A DNA stretch of 40,137 bases. It comes from Candidatus Hadarchaeota archaeon. Its GTDB lineage: Archaea > Hadarchaeota > Hadarchaeia > Hadarchaeales > Hadarchaeaceae. The DNA is taken from assembly GCA_040755315.1 (NCBI GenBank), contig JBFMBF010000011.1, positions 1 through 40,137 of the forward strand. The letters are read 5' to 3'. Made by a program: the position numbers and the translations under genes. The stretch's first letter is position 1. Each line of letters begins with the position of its first letter. The notes under the pieces were generated by a model. The model was not told where the DNA came from. It was given only the letters and a program-made list of their open reading frames with translations, and made no database searches. Shown piece after piece: positions 7,131-17,441 of this stretch.

Positions 7131-8399
7131 ATGAGACGCCCACGCGGAACCAAGGACCTCTTTGGCCGAGAACTCTCGGCCGTGAAGTTCGTACTGGGAA
7201 AAATTGCCGAAACATGCCGGAGCTATGGATACCAGGAAGTGGAGACGCCGATGTTCGAGCACCTTGAGCTTTTCACAAAGAAGAGCGGCATGAACATCGT
7301 CAACCAGATTTATGCCTTCAAAGACAAAAGCGGGCGGGAAATAGCGCTGCGCCCGGAAATCACGCCTTCCGCTGTCAGGCTTTACTTAGAAAAGTTAAGG
7401 TCCGCCCCCAAGCCCGTGAAGCTTTGGTATTCCGGCAGCTGCTTCAGGTACGAGGAACCGCAGGCGCAGAGGTGGAGGCAGTTCATCCAAGCAGGCACGG
7501 AGGTCTTGGGCTCCTCAAGGCCAGAAGCAGACGCAGAGGTGGTGGCCCTGGCTAACGACGTGATGAACGAGGTGGGGCTGAAAAATGCTAAAATAAGGCT
7601 CGGAAACGTCCGGCTGCTCAGGGAGTTGCTCAAAAAGGCTGGAGTAACTGGAGAGGCTCAGGATCCAATCCTAAGGGCTATTGACTCTCAAGATGAACAG
7701 AGAATCTCGGAGGAGCTGGCGCGGGCCAAGGTCGAGAAAGATTTTGAAAAAACACTGCGGAACCTGATTTCTCTCAAGGGAGACGCAGGTGTCATAAAAA
7801 AAGCCGAGAAGTTATTAGCGGACACCCCGGCCGGGGCCAAGGCGCTGGAAAACCTGCAGAAGATAACCGGCTTGCTTTTGCCACTCGGTGTGGAAAACTT
7901 CAGCGTGGACTTCGGGATTGCTCGCGGCCTGGAGTACTACACCGACTTTGTGTTCGAGATTTACTCTGACGGCGTACAGGTCGCTGGAGGCGGGCGTTAC
8001 GATGAGCTAGTCAAGCTGTTAGGAGGGGACCACACCCCTGCTGTAGGGGTTGGCTTCGGAGTAGACAGGATGGCCAACGCCATTTTGTCAATTGGATGGA
8101 CGAAGCACAGCGGCTCGCCAGACTGCGTGGTGGTGTTCACGGAGGAGAAGGTGCTACCGAACGCCCTAGAGATAACATCAAAGCTAAGGAAGCGGGGCTT
8201 AAGCGTCCAACTGGACCTCATGAACAGGAAGCTTAGGAAGGCGCTGGAGTATGCGGACTCCTTGGGGGCAGAAAAAGTTGTGATAGTCGGAGCTGAGGAG
8301 CTTTTGAAAGGAGAAGTCGTGCTTAGGGACATGAGAACGGGGGAACAGCAGTCCTTGCCGCAGGATGAAATTGCGGACAGACTAAAACTTTTGCCCTAA
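7131..8399 (+). CDS. hisS: Histidine--tRNA ligase
   Basis: PRGTKD, LRPEITP, FRYEEPQ..RWRQF, RGLEYY, GGGRYD and an anticodon-binding domain. Confidence 0.96.
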   Translation: MRRPRGTKDLFGRELSAVKFVLGKIAETCRSYGYQEVETPMFEHLELFTKKSGMNIVNQIYAFKDKSGREIALRPEITPSAVRLYLEKLRSAPKPVKLWYSGSCFRYEEPQAQRWRQFIQAGTEVLGSSRPEADAEVVALANDVMNEVGLKNAKIRLGNVRLLRELLKKAGVTGEAQDPILRAIDSQDEQRISEELARAKVEKDFEKTLRNLISLKGDAGVIKKAEKLLADTPAGAKALENLQKITGLLLPLGVENFSVDFGIARGLEYYTDFVFEIYSDGVQVAGGGRYDELVKLLGGDHTPAVGVGFGVDRMANAILSIGWTKHSGSPDCVVVFTEEKVLPNALEITSKLRKRGLSVQLDLMNRKLRKALEYADSLGAEKVVIVGAEELLKGEVVLRDMRTGEQQSLPQDEIADRLKLLP

Positions 8400-9215
8400 C
8401 CTCTCGAAGACCCTTTTCATCTCCAGCGAGTCCTGCTCCAGAAGTGGCGACTCGGATATCAGGGTTATGTCGATTTTTCTTTTCACAACCTCCTTTGCCA
8501 GCGGAAGAAACGGCGGCTCGTTAAACCTGATTGGAAGGTGTCTGCGCTCGTTGCCTTGCCCTGGGACCTTCGCCGGCGCCCACTCCATGCTGGTGAAATG
8601 GGAGTGAAGGTGCTTCAGGTTGAGGGGCCTGAGCTTTTCGAAGATTTCCGGGTAGTTTATGCGACCAGCCGCCCTCGCCCACAGGTGTGAGAAGTCAATG
8701 ACCGGGACGCACCGGGATACCTGTTTTGAGAGTTCTACCAGCTCTTCCAGAGTGCCGAAAGCACTGACCTTCCCGGTTGTCTCATGCCCGAGCGCCACTC
8801 CATTTATTCCCATCGACTTCGTCCTGTCAAGCATGTCTAGGTCGGCGGCCTTAACTGCATCTAAGGCGGCCTCTGGAGTCAACGTGCCGTAAAACCCTGG
8901 GTGGAAGACCGCAACATGGGCGCCCAAGTAGTGTGCCCGTTCGACCGAGTCCAGAATCCTCTTTTTTGACGCCTCGAGTTTGGGTTTCTCCTGGCTACAC
9001 AAGTTGATAAAGTAAGGACAGTGAACGGAGAGGTCAATCTTCAGCTCCTTCGCCAGCTTTCCAACCTCTTTGGCTGTCTCATTTCCCATCGCCACGCCAC
9101 GGACGAACTCTATCTCCATGGCGTTCAGCCCCAGCTCGGCCACACGCCTCAGGCCTTCAATGCTGCCGTGACCTTTGCTGGAGAGGGGGATTCCCGCCGG
9201 ACCCAGGTAAATCAT
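8382..9215 (-). CDS. nfo: Endonuclease IV-like TIM-barrel AP endonuclease
   Basis: GPAGIP, HCPYFINL, FHPG, ETTGK, DFSH, HSHF, ISESP. Confidence 0.85.
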   Translation of the reverse strand: MIYLGPAGIPLSSKGHGSIEGLRRVAELGLNAMEIEFVRGVAMGNETAKEVGKLAKELKIDLSVHCPYFINLCSQEKPKLEASKKRILDSVERAHYLGAHVAVFHPGFYGTLTPEAALDAVKAADLDMLDRTKSMGINGVALGHETTGKVSAFGTLEELVELSKQVSRCVPVIDFSHLWARAAGRINYPEIFEKLRPLNLKHLHSHFTSMEWAPAKVPGQGNERRHLPIRFNEPPFLPLAKEVVKRKIDITLISESPLLEQDSLEMKRVFERLGQKF

Positions 9216-9271
9216 CCAATCAAAACCCTTATGGCGGGCGCCAAAATATCTCTTTTGTTGGAGGGGTTGAA

Positions 9272-9892
9272 GTGTTGAGCAGCATCCGGGACAGAGTCGG
9301 CGGCCTGACAAAACCGATAGCCGAAGCTGTCGCCAAGACTGGAATCAGCCCCAACGCGCTGACGCTGATCGGGCTTCCTGTCGGAGTTCTGGCCGCTTTC
9401 TTCTTTGCCAGAGGGGAGCAGTTGCTGGCTGGTTTTGTCCTGCTCGTGGCGGGATTTTTTGACATAATCGACGGTGCGGTGGCGCGGGTGCTCCAAAGGG
9501 AAACCGCCTTCGGAGGAGTGCTGGACTCGGTCATTGACAGATATGTCGACTTCCTGCTCTTTGCTGGGATAATCTACGCGCTCATCTTCGGGAGAATCCA
9601 AGATGTGGGTTTTACACCTGGGTGGGGGTGGGTGTGGGGTATGCTGGCCATCGCCGGGAGCTTCATGGTCAGCTACATCCGAGCCAGAGCAGAGGCCGCA
9701 GGGACAGGGAAGCTCGATGTCGGTATCGCTGAAAGGGCGGAGAGGCTTATAATTCTGGCTGTTGGGGCGCTGCTGGGCTACACTCAATATTCAGTTGTCC
9801 TGATAGTTGTCCTGACTCACGTAACAGTGATCCAGAGGCTGTGGGTGTCTTGGAAACGCCTCAGTCCGAAAGCTGCAAGCAAAGCCACTTGA
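9272..9892 (+). CDS. CDP-alcohol phosphatidyltransferase, probable archaetidylinositol-phosphate synthase
   Basis: SPNALT; DxxDGxxAR...GxxxDxxxD motif; VSYIRARAE, ERAER; lies near ino1. Confidence 0.88.
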   Translation: MLSSIRDRVGGLTKPIAEAVAKTGISPNALTLIGLPVGVLAAFFFARGEQLLAGFVLLVAGFFDIIDGAVARVLQRETAFGGVLDSVIDRYVDFLLFAGIIYALIFGRIQDVGFTPGWGWVWGMLAIAGSFMVSYIRARAEAAGTGKLDVGIAERAERLIILAVGALLGYTQYSVVLIVVLTHVTVIQRLWVSWKRLSPKAASKAT

Positions 9893-10163
9893 GGTACTTC
9901 ACGCCCTCTTGCAGCAACTCGTTTCCTTTCTTAGTTAGTTTATAGTATTTTCTCGCCGGCCGCCCGCGCTGCTCTTTCCACTCAAAGGTGACAAAACCGC
10001 CGCGCTGAAGGCGGTGCAGGACGATGTATGACGTTACGGTTGGCGGCTTCCAGCCGAACCTCTTCTGAACCTCCTGCTTTAGCTCGTAGGCGTACCTGGG
10101 TCGTTCCTTGAGCAGCTTTAGAAAGTATGGCCAGAGCAGCTCCGTTGCCGTTTTCTTCTTCAT
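9861..10163 (-). CDS. PadR-family transcriptional regulator
   Basis: PRYAYEL...YIVLHRLQRGGFV...RKYYKLTKKG. Confidence 0.9.
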   Translation of the reverse strand: MKKKTATELLWPYFLKLLKERPRYAYELKQEVQKRFGWKPPTVTSYIVLHRLQRGGFVTFEWKEQRGRPARKYYKLTKKGNELLQEGVKYLKWLCLQLSD

Positions 10164-10208
10164 CCTTGCTATCGCCAAGAAAACCCCCATTCTTCTTTAA
10201 CCGCAACC

Positions 10209-10242
10209 CTTATATATTTAATTATTTGAATATATTACAAAT
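10209..10242. promoter_or_regulatory. Divergent padR/ino1 promoter region with imperfect palindrome ATTTGAATATATTACAAAT (10224-10242)
   Basis: AT-rich TATA-like tracts (TTATATAT, TTTAATTA) between divergent genes; the inverted repeat is a candidate PadR operator. Confidence 0.5.
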
Positions 10243-10268
10243 CCCATAATAGCTCGGAATGTGAAAAT

Positions 10269-11339
10269 ATGGTCGTGAAAGTCGCGATAGTCGGAGTCGG
10301 GAACTGCGCCTCTTCGCTTGTTCAGGGGATTGAATATTACAAGAACGCGCGGGAGGACCAGTTCGTGCCAGGGCTGATGCACGTTAACTTCGGTGGGTAC
10401 CACATAAGAGACATCAAGTTCGTAGCGGCTTTTGACATCGATGCAAACAAAGTGGGGAGAAATCTGGCAGAGGCCATCTTCTCGCCGCCCAACTGCACGA
10501 TAAAATTTAGCGACGTTCCCCCCATCGGCGTAGAGGTCATGAAGGGCGCGATGCTGGACGGCCTCGGGAAATACCTAAAACCTGTGATACCAGTCGACTC
10601 CACGCAGAAGACCGTGAACGTGGCCAAGACCCTGGAAGATGCCGGCGCTGACATTCTCGTGAGCTACCTGCCGGTCGGGAGCTATGAGGCCTCCAGATTC
10701 TACGCGGGAGAAGCAATCAAGGCCGGCTGTGGATACATCAACTGCATCCCTGAGTTCATAGTCTCCGGGAAGGAGTGGGGAAAGCGCTTCGCTGAGGCGG
10801 GGCTGCCCTGCGCCGGAGACGACATAAAATCACAGGTGGGCGCCACGATCCTCCACAGAACCCTCGCGAGGCTGATGATTGACCGCGGGGTGAAGATGGA
10901 GGAGAGCTACCAGCTGAACATCGGGGGGAACACCGACTTCCTCAACATGCTGGAGGAGGAGCGCCTTAGCTCCAAGCGCATAAGCAAGACGGAGGCGGTA
11001 TCCAGCCAAGTGCCCTACGAGGTGCCACTGAGGATAGGTCCGAGCGATTATGTGCCGTTCCTTAAAGACAACAAGGTCTGCTACATCCATATGAAAGGAA
11101 AGAAGTTCGGGGATATCCCGCTGACGATTGATGTCAAGCTGTCGGTGGAGGACTCGCCAAACTCTGCCGGCGTGGTTATAGACGCAATCAGGGCCGTGAA
11201 GCTCGCGCTCGACAGAAAAATTGGCGGTCCACTGGTCGGAGTGTCAGCATACTTCTTCAAACATCCCCCCACGCAACTGCATGACGATCAGGCGAGAAAG
11301 GCGGTCGAGGACTTCATAGCTGGAAGGAGGGAGAGATAG
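10269..11339 (+). CDS. ino1: myo-Inositol-1-phosphate synthase
   Basis: [49 protein letters not shown]. Confidence 0.96.
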   Translation: MVVKVAIVGVGNCASSLVQGIEYYKNAREDQFVPGLMHVNFGGYHIRDIKFVAAFDIDANKVGRNLAEAIFSPPNCTIKFSDVPPIGVEVMKGAMLDGLGKYLKPVIPVDSTQKTVNVAKTLEDAGADILVSYLPVGSYEASRFYAGEAIKAGCGYINCIPEFIVSGKEWGKRFAEAGLPCAGDDIKSQVGATILHRTLARLMIDRGVKMEESYQLNIGGNTDFLNMLEEERLSSKRISKTEAVSSQVPYEVPLRIGPSDYVPFLKDNKVCYIHMKGKKFGDIPLTIDVKLSVEDSPNSAGVVIDAIRAVKLALDRKIGGPLVGVSAYFFKHPPTQLHDDQARKAVEDFIAGRRER

Positions 11340-12233
11340 ATGCCTTTTGACATTGTTATTGTTGGCCATGTTACGGTTGATGTCAACATCCTGCACGGCG
11401 GAGGCATAGTAGAGAACATGCTCGGCGGTGCGCCAACGTACAGCGGCCTGGCGCTCGTTGCATTGAGAAAGAGCATTGGATTGGTCTCAAAGGTCGGGGC
11501 GGATTTTCTTGAAAAGTTCCCGCCGATCTACGGAAAGCTTGGATTAGACACCGAGGGGATAACGGTTGCCGGAGATTACACAACAACTTTTGAAAACACA
11601 TACGATGAAAAGGGGAACAGGACCCAGGTCTGCAAGCATGTGGCGCCGCAAATCCAGCCTGATGACATCCCAGAAGACTACCTCGACGCCGGCGCTTTCT
11701 ATGTATCGCCGATAGCTGGAGAGGTGGGGCCTGAACTGCTGAAGTCAATCAAGAAAAACTCGAACATAGTAATGTTCGACCCGCAGGGGGTTCTGCGCGA
11801 AATCAGAGGGGATGGGAGAGTCACCGTTAGACCAAAGGACCTCGCGGGATATCTGAAGAATGTTGACATCGTGAAGCTGGGGCTGGACGAGGCGGGAATC
11901 CTAGGGGAAAATGTAGAAGCGGCGATGAGGAAACTCAAGGATGTCGGGCCGAAAGTTGTCATGGTCACAAAAGGGGGAAAGCCTTCGCTAATCCTGAGCG
12001 ACGATGGGCTGGCAAAGGTGAACCCCTTGAAGGTGGATGCTCGGGATATGACGGGCGCCGGAGATGTCTTCGGGGCCGCCTTCCTTTCCTGCTACATGGA
12101 GACGAGAAAAGCGGTCGAGTCGGCAAAGTTTGCGGCGGCTACTGCCGGATTGAAGATAAGGTACCGAGGGCCGACGGGATTTCCTTCTGAAAAGGAAGTT
12201 GTGGAAGCCGCAAAAACTATTCAGGTTCAGTAA
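11340..12233 (+). CDS. PfkB/ribokinase-family kinase (inositol kinase plausible from context)
   Basis: GGAPTY, DPQG, DMTGAGDVF; directly abuts ino1. Confidence 0.85.
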   Translation: MPFDIVIVGHVTVDVNILHGGGIVENMLGGAPTYSGLALVALRKSIGLVSKVGADFLEKFPPIYGKLGLDTEGITVAGDYTTTFENTYDEKGNRTQVCKHVAPQIQPDDIPEDYLDAGAFYVSPIAGEVGPELLKSIKKNSNIVMFDPQGVLREIRGDGRVTVRPKDLAGYLKNVDIVKLGLDEAGILGENVEAAMRKLKDVGPKVVMVTKGGKPSLILSDDGLAKVNPLKVDARDMTGAGDVFGAAFLSCYMETRKAVESAKFAAATAGLKIRYRGPTGFPSEKEVVEAAKTIQVQ

Positions 12234-13654
12234 GTCCGCGCGACAAGCGCTTTCACTTTCGCCTTTTTGGAGCACCCGATGCAGTCACCGGACGGGCTGG
12301 CGCCGTCCACTTCTTCTCCCAAGAAATCCCCGCCCGTCTTCTCAGCAATATCTTTCCCACAGCTTTCTTGGCCGCACCAAGGGACTCTTACTACACCGCC
12401 GACTCTATCGATTATCTCCTTCGCTTCTCCCAGAACACTGACCTCGTTGATTGAACCTTTGAAAGTCTCCTGCGCTCGATCACGGAGCTCCGCCGTTATC
12501 TCCACCAACAGCTGCCTCGCCCGCTCCCTGAGCCCCTTTCTGGAGACGCTGAACCTCTTTCCTGTTGTTCTCGGCACAACCGTCACTTGGTCTTTCGTCA
12601 CTTCCTCTGGGCCGACCTCCACCCTGAGCGGGACGCCCCTCCTCTCCCAGTAGTAGTACTTGTTGCCGGGGCGGAGATCCCGGTCATCAAGATGTACTCT
12701 GAAGCCAGCTGCCGAAAGGTCGTCTTTCAGCGATTTCGCAAACTGCTCCACATTAGAGACCTTCTCCTTGTAAGGGATCGGAACGATGACAACCTGGATG
12801 GGGGCAACATCGGGGGGGAGGCAAAGCCCGACATCATCTCCGTGGGCCATAACCACCGCAGCGATCGCCCTCTCGGAGATGCCGTAGCAGGTCTGGTAGA
12901 CATGCTCGTGGCTCCCGTCCGACTTCTCGTACTCAATCCCGTAAACCCTTGAGAAATTCTGGCCGAGGTTGTGGACGGTTCCTATCTGCAATGTCCTGCC
13001 GTCCGGGGCGAGAGTGTCGAAGGCTATTGAGTACTTGGCCCCGGCAAACGTGTCCCATGGCGGGCGCTTTGTGACGGCGTGGGGGACTCCCAGCTCGTCG
13101 AAAAACTGCTTGTAAATATTCACGGCTTCCTTCACTTGGGCCTCTGCCTCCTCCTCTGTGGCGTGGGCTGTGTGGGCCTCCTTGAATGTGGTGACCTCGC
13201 GCAAACGGACGAGTGGCTTCGTCATCTTCGTCTCGTAGCGGAAGATGTTGACTAGCTGGTAGATTTTGAGCGGGAGGTCGGCGTGTGACCTGACCCAGAG
13301 GGCGAACATCGGGTACATCGATGTCTCGGACGTCGGGCGAAGGGCCAGCTTAACGTCCAGCTCATCGTTTCCTCCTCTTGTCACCCAGTAGACTTGGCCG
13401 CCGAAACCCCGGATGTGCTCGGCCTCCTTCTCAAAGAGGTTCTCAGGGATCAGCAGCGGGAACAGGACCTCCTGATGGCAGGTCTGCTCAAGGAGCTGTC
13501 TGACGATAGAGAAGACTGAGTTGCGGAGCTTCAGGCCGTACGGCATCCAAACGTAAAGTCCCTTCACGGGGTACCTCGTTTCCATTATCCCGGTTTCCTG
13601 GACGATGTCGTTAAACCATTCGCTGAAGTTCTCCTTTACCCGCTCGCGCTTCAC
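12227..13654 (-). CDS. proS: Proline--tRNA ligase (archaeal/eukaryal type)
   Basis: FSEWF, LRPTSET, FRYETK, LQIGTVHNLGQNF, GISER; C-terminal Zn domain ending ARTY. Confidence 0.96.
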   Translation of the reverse strand: MKRERVKENFSEWFNDIVQETGIMETRYPVKGLYVWMPYGLKLRNSVFSIVRQLLEQTCHQEVLFPLLIPENLFEKEAEHIRGFGGQVYWVTRGGNDELDVKLALRPTSETSMYPMFALWVRSHADLPLKIYQLVNIFRYETKMTKPLVRLREVTTFKEAHTAHATEEEAEAQVKEAVNIYKQFFDELGVPHAVTKRPPWDTFAGAKYSIAFDTLAPDGRTLQIGTVHNLGQNFSRVYGIEYEKSDGSHEHVYQTCYGISERAIAAVVMAHGDDVGLCLPPDVAPIQVVIVPIPYKEKVSNVEQFAKSLKDDLSAAGFRVHLDDRDLRPGNKYYYWERRGVPLRVEVGPEEVTKDQVTVVPRTTGKRFSVSRKGLRERARQLLVEITAELRDRAQETFKGSINEVSVLGEAKEIIDRVGGVVRVPWCGQESCGKDIAEKTGGDFLGEEVDGASPSGDCIGCSKKAKVKALVARTY

Positions 13655-13720
13655 ATTCCCACCCGTGGATAATCTCCATCGCCGATTTAAGAGGTTACTG
13701 TGAGGTGAATCTGCGAAACC

Positions 13721-15700
13721 ATGAAGCTGAAGCGGCTGCTGATATCCCCCTTGAGGATGAACAGGCGCGTGGCAATCGTCCTAGTGGTTCTGCTCGTGAT
13801 ATTCTCGGGCGCTCTTTTCATGAGGCTCGCCGTGACACTCGGCTACTGGCTGCCCTTGGGGAGGGACGGGCCTTACCACCTTTTCCATGTCAACTACTTG
13901 GCCGACCACTATCCTTCCAACCCCTACCTCGTCGGGACACCTCCGCTGTTCTTCCACTTCGCGGCTGGAGGGACTGGATTATTAACGGCATTCGGAGTAT
14001 CCCGGATAACTGCTTTTGACATTGCAACGGCGCTAGCCTCGGGGCTGGTGACCCTGACAACATTCCTGATGATGAGGCGGCTTACCAAAAACACCTACAC
14101 GGCGCTGGCGGCTGCTTTTTTCTCGGCTTTCCTCCCGGCCAGCCTCAGGATGATGGGCGAGCTCCAGAAGAATGCTTTGGGAGTATCGCTCGCTCCTCTA
14201 GCCGTGCTATTTCTCTGGAGGGGGCTGGAAGAAAACAAAAAGCTTGACTTGGTCCTGGCGGGTGTAGCGCTGGGGGTTGTAGGGCTGAGCCACCAGCTGG
14301 CGTTCGGCGCGCTTGTGGTGGCCTGCGTCACATACCTCGGCGTCCTGCTTGTTTATCACAAACGCATTCCGTTGAAGGAGATAAAGGCTGCTGTGATTGT
14401 TATAATTCCTCTTGCGCTGGTCGCTGGATGGTTCTACTACGGGGCGTTGGAGACTGCGGGGAGCCTGACCACCAACAGCATGCCCCCGACATTCATGGCC
14501 CAAGGGCCCGGAGAACAGCCGCTTCCACAGCCTTTTCAGGAGACGATTTACCGCTTTTATGACGAGTACATAGGTAAACCTCTGCTGGCACTCGCGGTCA
14601 TCGGTGGAGGTGTCGCGATCCACAGAAGAAAGAAGGCCGACCTCTTCCTGCTCGCGTGGGGACTGAGTTCTCTTGTTATGGCGCAGCCATGGGTCGACCA
14701 AGGCTACCAGTGGCGGTTTGTGATAACCCTTGCCGCACCCGTAGCCTTGCTTGGGGCTGTAGGTCTGGTGGATGGAGTCGGGGCTTTCCTGTGGAAGATT
14801 GGGGACTTGAAGAAGTCGTCCAAACGCCGGGGCAATGGAACAAGCGGCCTCGGCTGGGTGGGGCGCGGGGCATTCATCTTCCTTGTCCTGATTATTTTTG
14901 CAAACCGGGCATATGTCTCGAACACTTACGCCTGGACGGGGCAGATGCTGCAGCCTACAATATCCATGGACGAGTACAACTCCCTGACCAGCTTCCGCAG
15001 CCAGTTCGGAGAAGTTTACGTCTTCGGCACCGGGGAGCGAGTATTCCCATACTGGCCAGACGCTGTGGGGCTGAAAGGCACCATCCAAAGCAGTTCCATA
15101 TCCAGCCTATCCAACAGGCTACAGGGGCCCGTGAGCAGTGCGATGGATCTGGCGGTCGAGTGGTACAGGAAAGAGCGGGAGGTCGGGGGGAAGATTTACG
15201 CACTCATGGACCTGATGAGCCCGCAGATTCTTGAGAATGCGCAGCTTTTCAAGCGGGTCTTTGACAACTCAAACCTTCGCGCCTATGGGCTGAACGATAA
15301 TTTTGTGGCGCCGGAAAACTACCAGCCATCCGGCCAGCAGGGGGTGCAGACCTTTTCTTTCGATGGGCCGCCGCAGCAGCCGCCGCAAGATGGCAATCCA
15401 CCTCAGTACGATCAACAACCACAAAAACCTCAGTCGGCGGAGTCGCCTGTGCTGAAAGCTCTTATGGCGCCTGTTTACGCGCTGCCTGGCGGATGGAGGT
15501 TCGCCATAGGCGTGCCAATCACAGTCATGATCTGGGTGCTCCTGCCTTGCCTCACTTGCTGGGGTATGGGGAAGGTTCTCCCTGAAGACCAGTTGATGTC
15601 TGCGAAGAGGTTCATCATCATGGGTGGAGTTGTTTTATTCGTGATTGTTGTGTTCCTCCTTATACCACCATACTCGCAACAAATGGGGCCTGCATCCTAG
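13721..15700 (+). CDS. GT-C-fold (PMT/ArnT-like) membrane glycosyltransferase with P/Q-rich linker and two extra C-terminal TM helices
   Basis: GRDGPYH after TM1, PPLFF, SHQ and WRF motifs; many TM helices. Confidence 0.7.
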   Translation: MKLKRLLISPLRMNRRVAIVLVVLLVIFSGALFMRLAVTLGYWLPLGRDGPYHLFHVNYLADHYPSNPYLVGTPPLFFHFAAGGTGLLTAFGVSRITAFDIATALASGLVTLTTFLMMRRLTKNTYTALAAAFFSAFLPASLRMMGELQKNALGVSLAPLAVLFLWRGLEENKKLDLVLAGVALGVVGLSHQLAFGALVVACVTYLGVLLVYHKRIPLKEIKAAVIVIIPLALVAGWFYYGALETAGSLTTNSMPPTFMAQGPGEQPLPQPFQETIYRFYDEYIGKPLLALAVIGGGVAIHRRKKADLFLLAWGLSSLVMAQPWVDQGYQWRFVITLAAPVALLGAVGLVDGVGAFLWKIGDLKKSSKRRGNGTSGLGWVGRGAFIFLVLIIFANRAYVSNTYAWTGQMLQPTISMDEYNSLTSFRSQFGEVYVFGTGERVFPYWPDAVGLKGTIQSSSISSLSNRLQGPVSSAMDLAVEWYRKEREVGGKIYALMDLMSPQILENAQLFKRVFDNSNLRAYGLNDNFVAPENYQPSGQQGVQTFSFDGPPQQPPQDGNPPQYDQQPQKPQSAESPVLKALMAPVYALPGGWRFAIGVPITVMIWVLLPCLTCWGMGKVLPEDQLMSAKRFIIMGGVVLFVIVVFLLIPPYSQQMGPAS

Positions 15701-16770
15701 CGGCCTGACGTCAAAGAGCTGTGGCCGCCTTTCCAGACGAGCACCATGTCTTCCCACCTGACGCCGCCTACGCCGGGCAAATAGGCTCCGGGCTCAACCG
15801 TGATGACCATGCCTTCGCGGAGGATATCTTTGGAGACTGGCGAGAGACTGGGGGGCTCGTGGACTTCCATCCCGACCCCGTGGCCCATCCCGTGGGGGAA
15901 GAACCTGGCATGGCCTGCACGCGCGATCACCTGCCTGGCGGCACCGTCAATGTCGCTTGCTTTGACTCCTGGCCTTACTTTCGACAGGGCTGCTCCTTGG
16001 GCCCGCTTCACTATTCCAAGGAGCTTCAGCTGACGGCGTGTCGGTGAAAGTGTGAATGTTTTTGTCATGTCAGAGCAGTAGCCTTCAACAGTGGCACCCA
16101 TGTCCACAACAACAAGCTCACCTTTCGCAAGCTTCTTCTCGGTGGCTTGGGCGTGGGGCAGCCAAGAGTTCCTGCCGGAGGCGACTATCGTGGGAAAAGA
16201 GGTCCCTTCCGAGCCGGCCTTCCGCATTTCGAACTCGGCTTCCGCCGCCATCTCAAGCTCCGTGCGGCCGGGCTCGACAAGCTCCGCGGCTTTCTCCATA
16301 CCCTTCACAGCGATTTTTGCAGATTTCTTGAGCAGCACCAGCTCGTCTGCTGATTTTATCATGCGAAGCTCAAGCACAAGCCCGGGAAGCTCGCGGTAGC
16401 CCGCCTGGTGAAAGTTCCTGATTTTTCTTATGGAGTCCCGGCTGGCGCGGTCATATCCCACTGAACTGGCACCCAGCTCTCGCAGGCAACCGGCGATGAC
16501 CTCGTTCATCTCCTGGAAAATCACCCGCTCGCCCCGCTGCAAAGGCGCCTTCCAGCTGGAGAACGCCCGGACATCTCGAATCCAGCTCTGCCGCCTGGCC
16601 TGCTCCAACTCCAGCCTGCTACAGAGCAGAATAGGCTTTCCTTCTAGCGGTATGATTACGGCCTTGCCAGCTGTGGATCCTGAGAAATATCTCGTATTCT
16701 GGATGGCGACAAAGGCGTCGAGACCACGCGACGCCATTTTTTCCTTCATTCTGCTGATCCTGTTTTTCAA
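15697..16770 (-). CDS. pepQ: Xaa-Pro peptidase (M24B prolidase)
   Basis: RMIKS..E, PH, DMG, YCSDMT, HGMGHGVG.EVHE, EPGAY, ED; TTG start at 16770 inferred from a GGGTG SD. Confidence 0.9.
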   Translation of the reverse strand: MKNRISRMKEKMASRGLDAFVAIQNTRYFSGSTAGKAVIIPLEGKPILLCSRLELEQARRQSWIRDVRAFSSWKAPLQRGERVIFQEMNEVIAGCLRELGASSVGYDRASRDSIRKIRNFHQAGYRELPGLVLELRMIKSADELVLLKKSAKIAVKGMEKAAELVEPGRTELEMAAEAEFEMRKAGSEGTSFPTIVASGRNSWLPHAQATEKKLAKGELVVVDMGATVEGYCSDMTKTFTLSPTRRQLKLLGIVKRAQGAALSKVRPGVKASDIDGAARQVIARAGHARFFPHGMGHGVGMEVHEPPSLSPVSKDILREGMVITVEPGAYLPGVGGVRWEDMVLVWKGGHSSLTSGR

Positions 16771-16837
16771 GCGACACCCATGAGCCTTGGTGCTGGAGAG
16801 GTAAAAGCGTATAATCACATTTAAAGAGATTACATCG

Positions 16838-17365
16838 ATGAAGAGGAAGCTTGAGCTGCGCCGACTTTACGACGAAACCGCCGAGATTTACGACAGGCGC
16901 TACGCCGAGATACAAAAGGCGAAGTACGAGAAGATACTGCGACACATGCCGGAAAAGCTCGGCCGCGCCCTCGACCTCGGCTGCGGGACCGGACTGCTGC
17001 TTGGCGAGCTAAGAAAAAAGGCCAAGGTGGTAATCGGCGTCGACGCTTCCGAGAAGATGCTGCGGGGGGCAAAGGCGCGGGGTGGGGAAGTCGTTCTCGC
17101 TGACGCTGACCATCTCCCGTTCCGAGACAGAACATTTGATTTAGTGGCGTCTGTCACCCTCCTTCAGAACATGCCGAAACCAGCGAGGACTGTTAAAGAG
17201 ATTGCAAGGGTCATGAAGGTGGGAGGGACAGCGGCTTTGACGTCGCTCGGGCGCAAGCACTCGCCTGAAAACATCAGTGTCTGGGCCAAGCGGGCGGGGT
17301 TGAGGATGGATGCCTGCGGGGAAATTGAAAACAGCGAAGATGTTTTCTGTATCGCTCGAAAGTGA
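16838..17365 (+). CDS. Class I SAM-dependent methyltransferase (UbiE/Methyltransf_11-like)
   Basis: LDLGCGTG, GVDAS, ADADHLPF...FDLV. Confidence 0.88.
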   Translation: MKRKLELRRLYDETAEIYDRRYAEIQKAKYEKILRHMPEKLGRALDLGCGTGLLLGELRKKAKVVIGVDASEKMLRGAKARGGEVVLADADHLPFRDRTFDLVASVTLLQNMPKPARTVKEIARVMKVGGTAALTSLGRKHSPENISVWAKRAGLRMDACGEIENSEDVFCIARK

Positions 17366-17391
17366 TTAGCTAAATTTTCCCATTTTTCTCC

Positions 17392-17399
17392 TTTAAATA
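17392..17399 (+). promoter_or_regulatory. TATA-like box TTTAAATA upstream of the tRNA-like cluster
   Basis: The only clear TATA-like element between the methyltransferase stop and the RNA element. Confidence 0.4.
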
Positions 17400-17441
17400 C
17401 TACCGCCACCCAAAACTCCGGTGGGAAACAGATGACAAAAA

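Noticed and set aside
14207..15088. Long antisense ORFs (also 28604-29506, 34590-35330, 25766-26461, 31323-32012)
   Set aside because: They lie opposite well-supported genes, lack motifs, and are expected from GC-rich codon bias.
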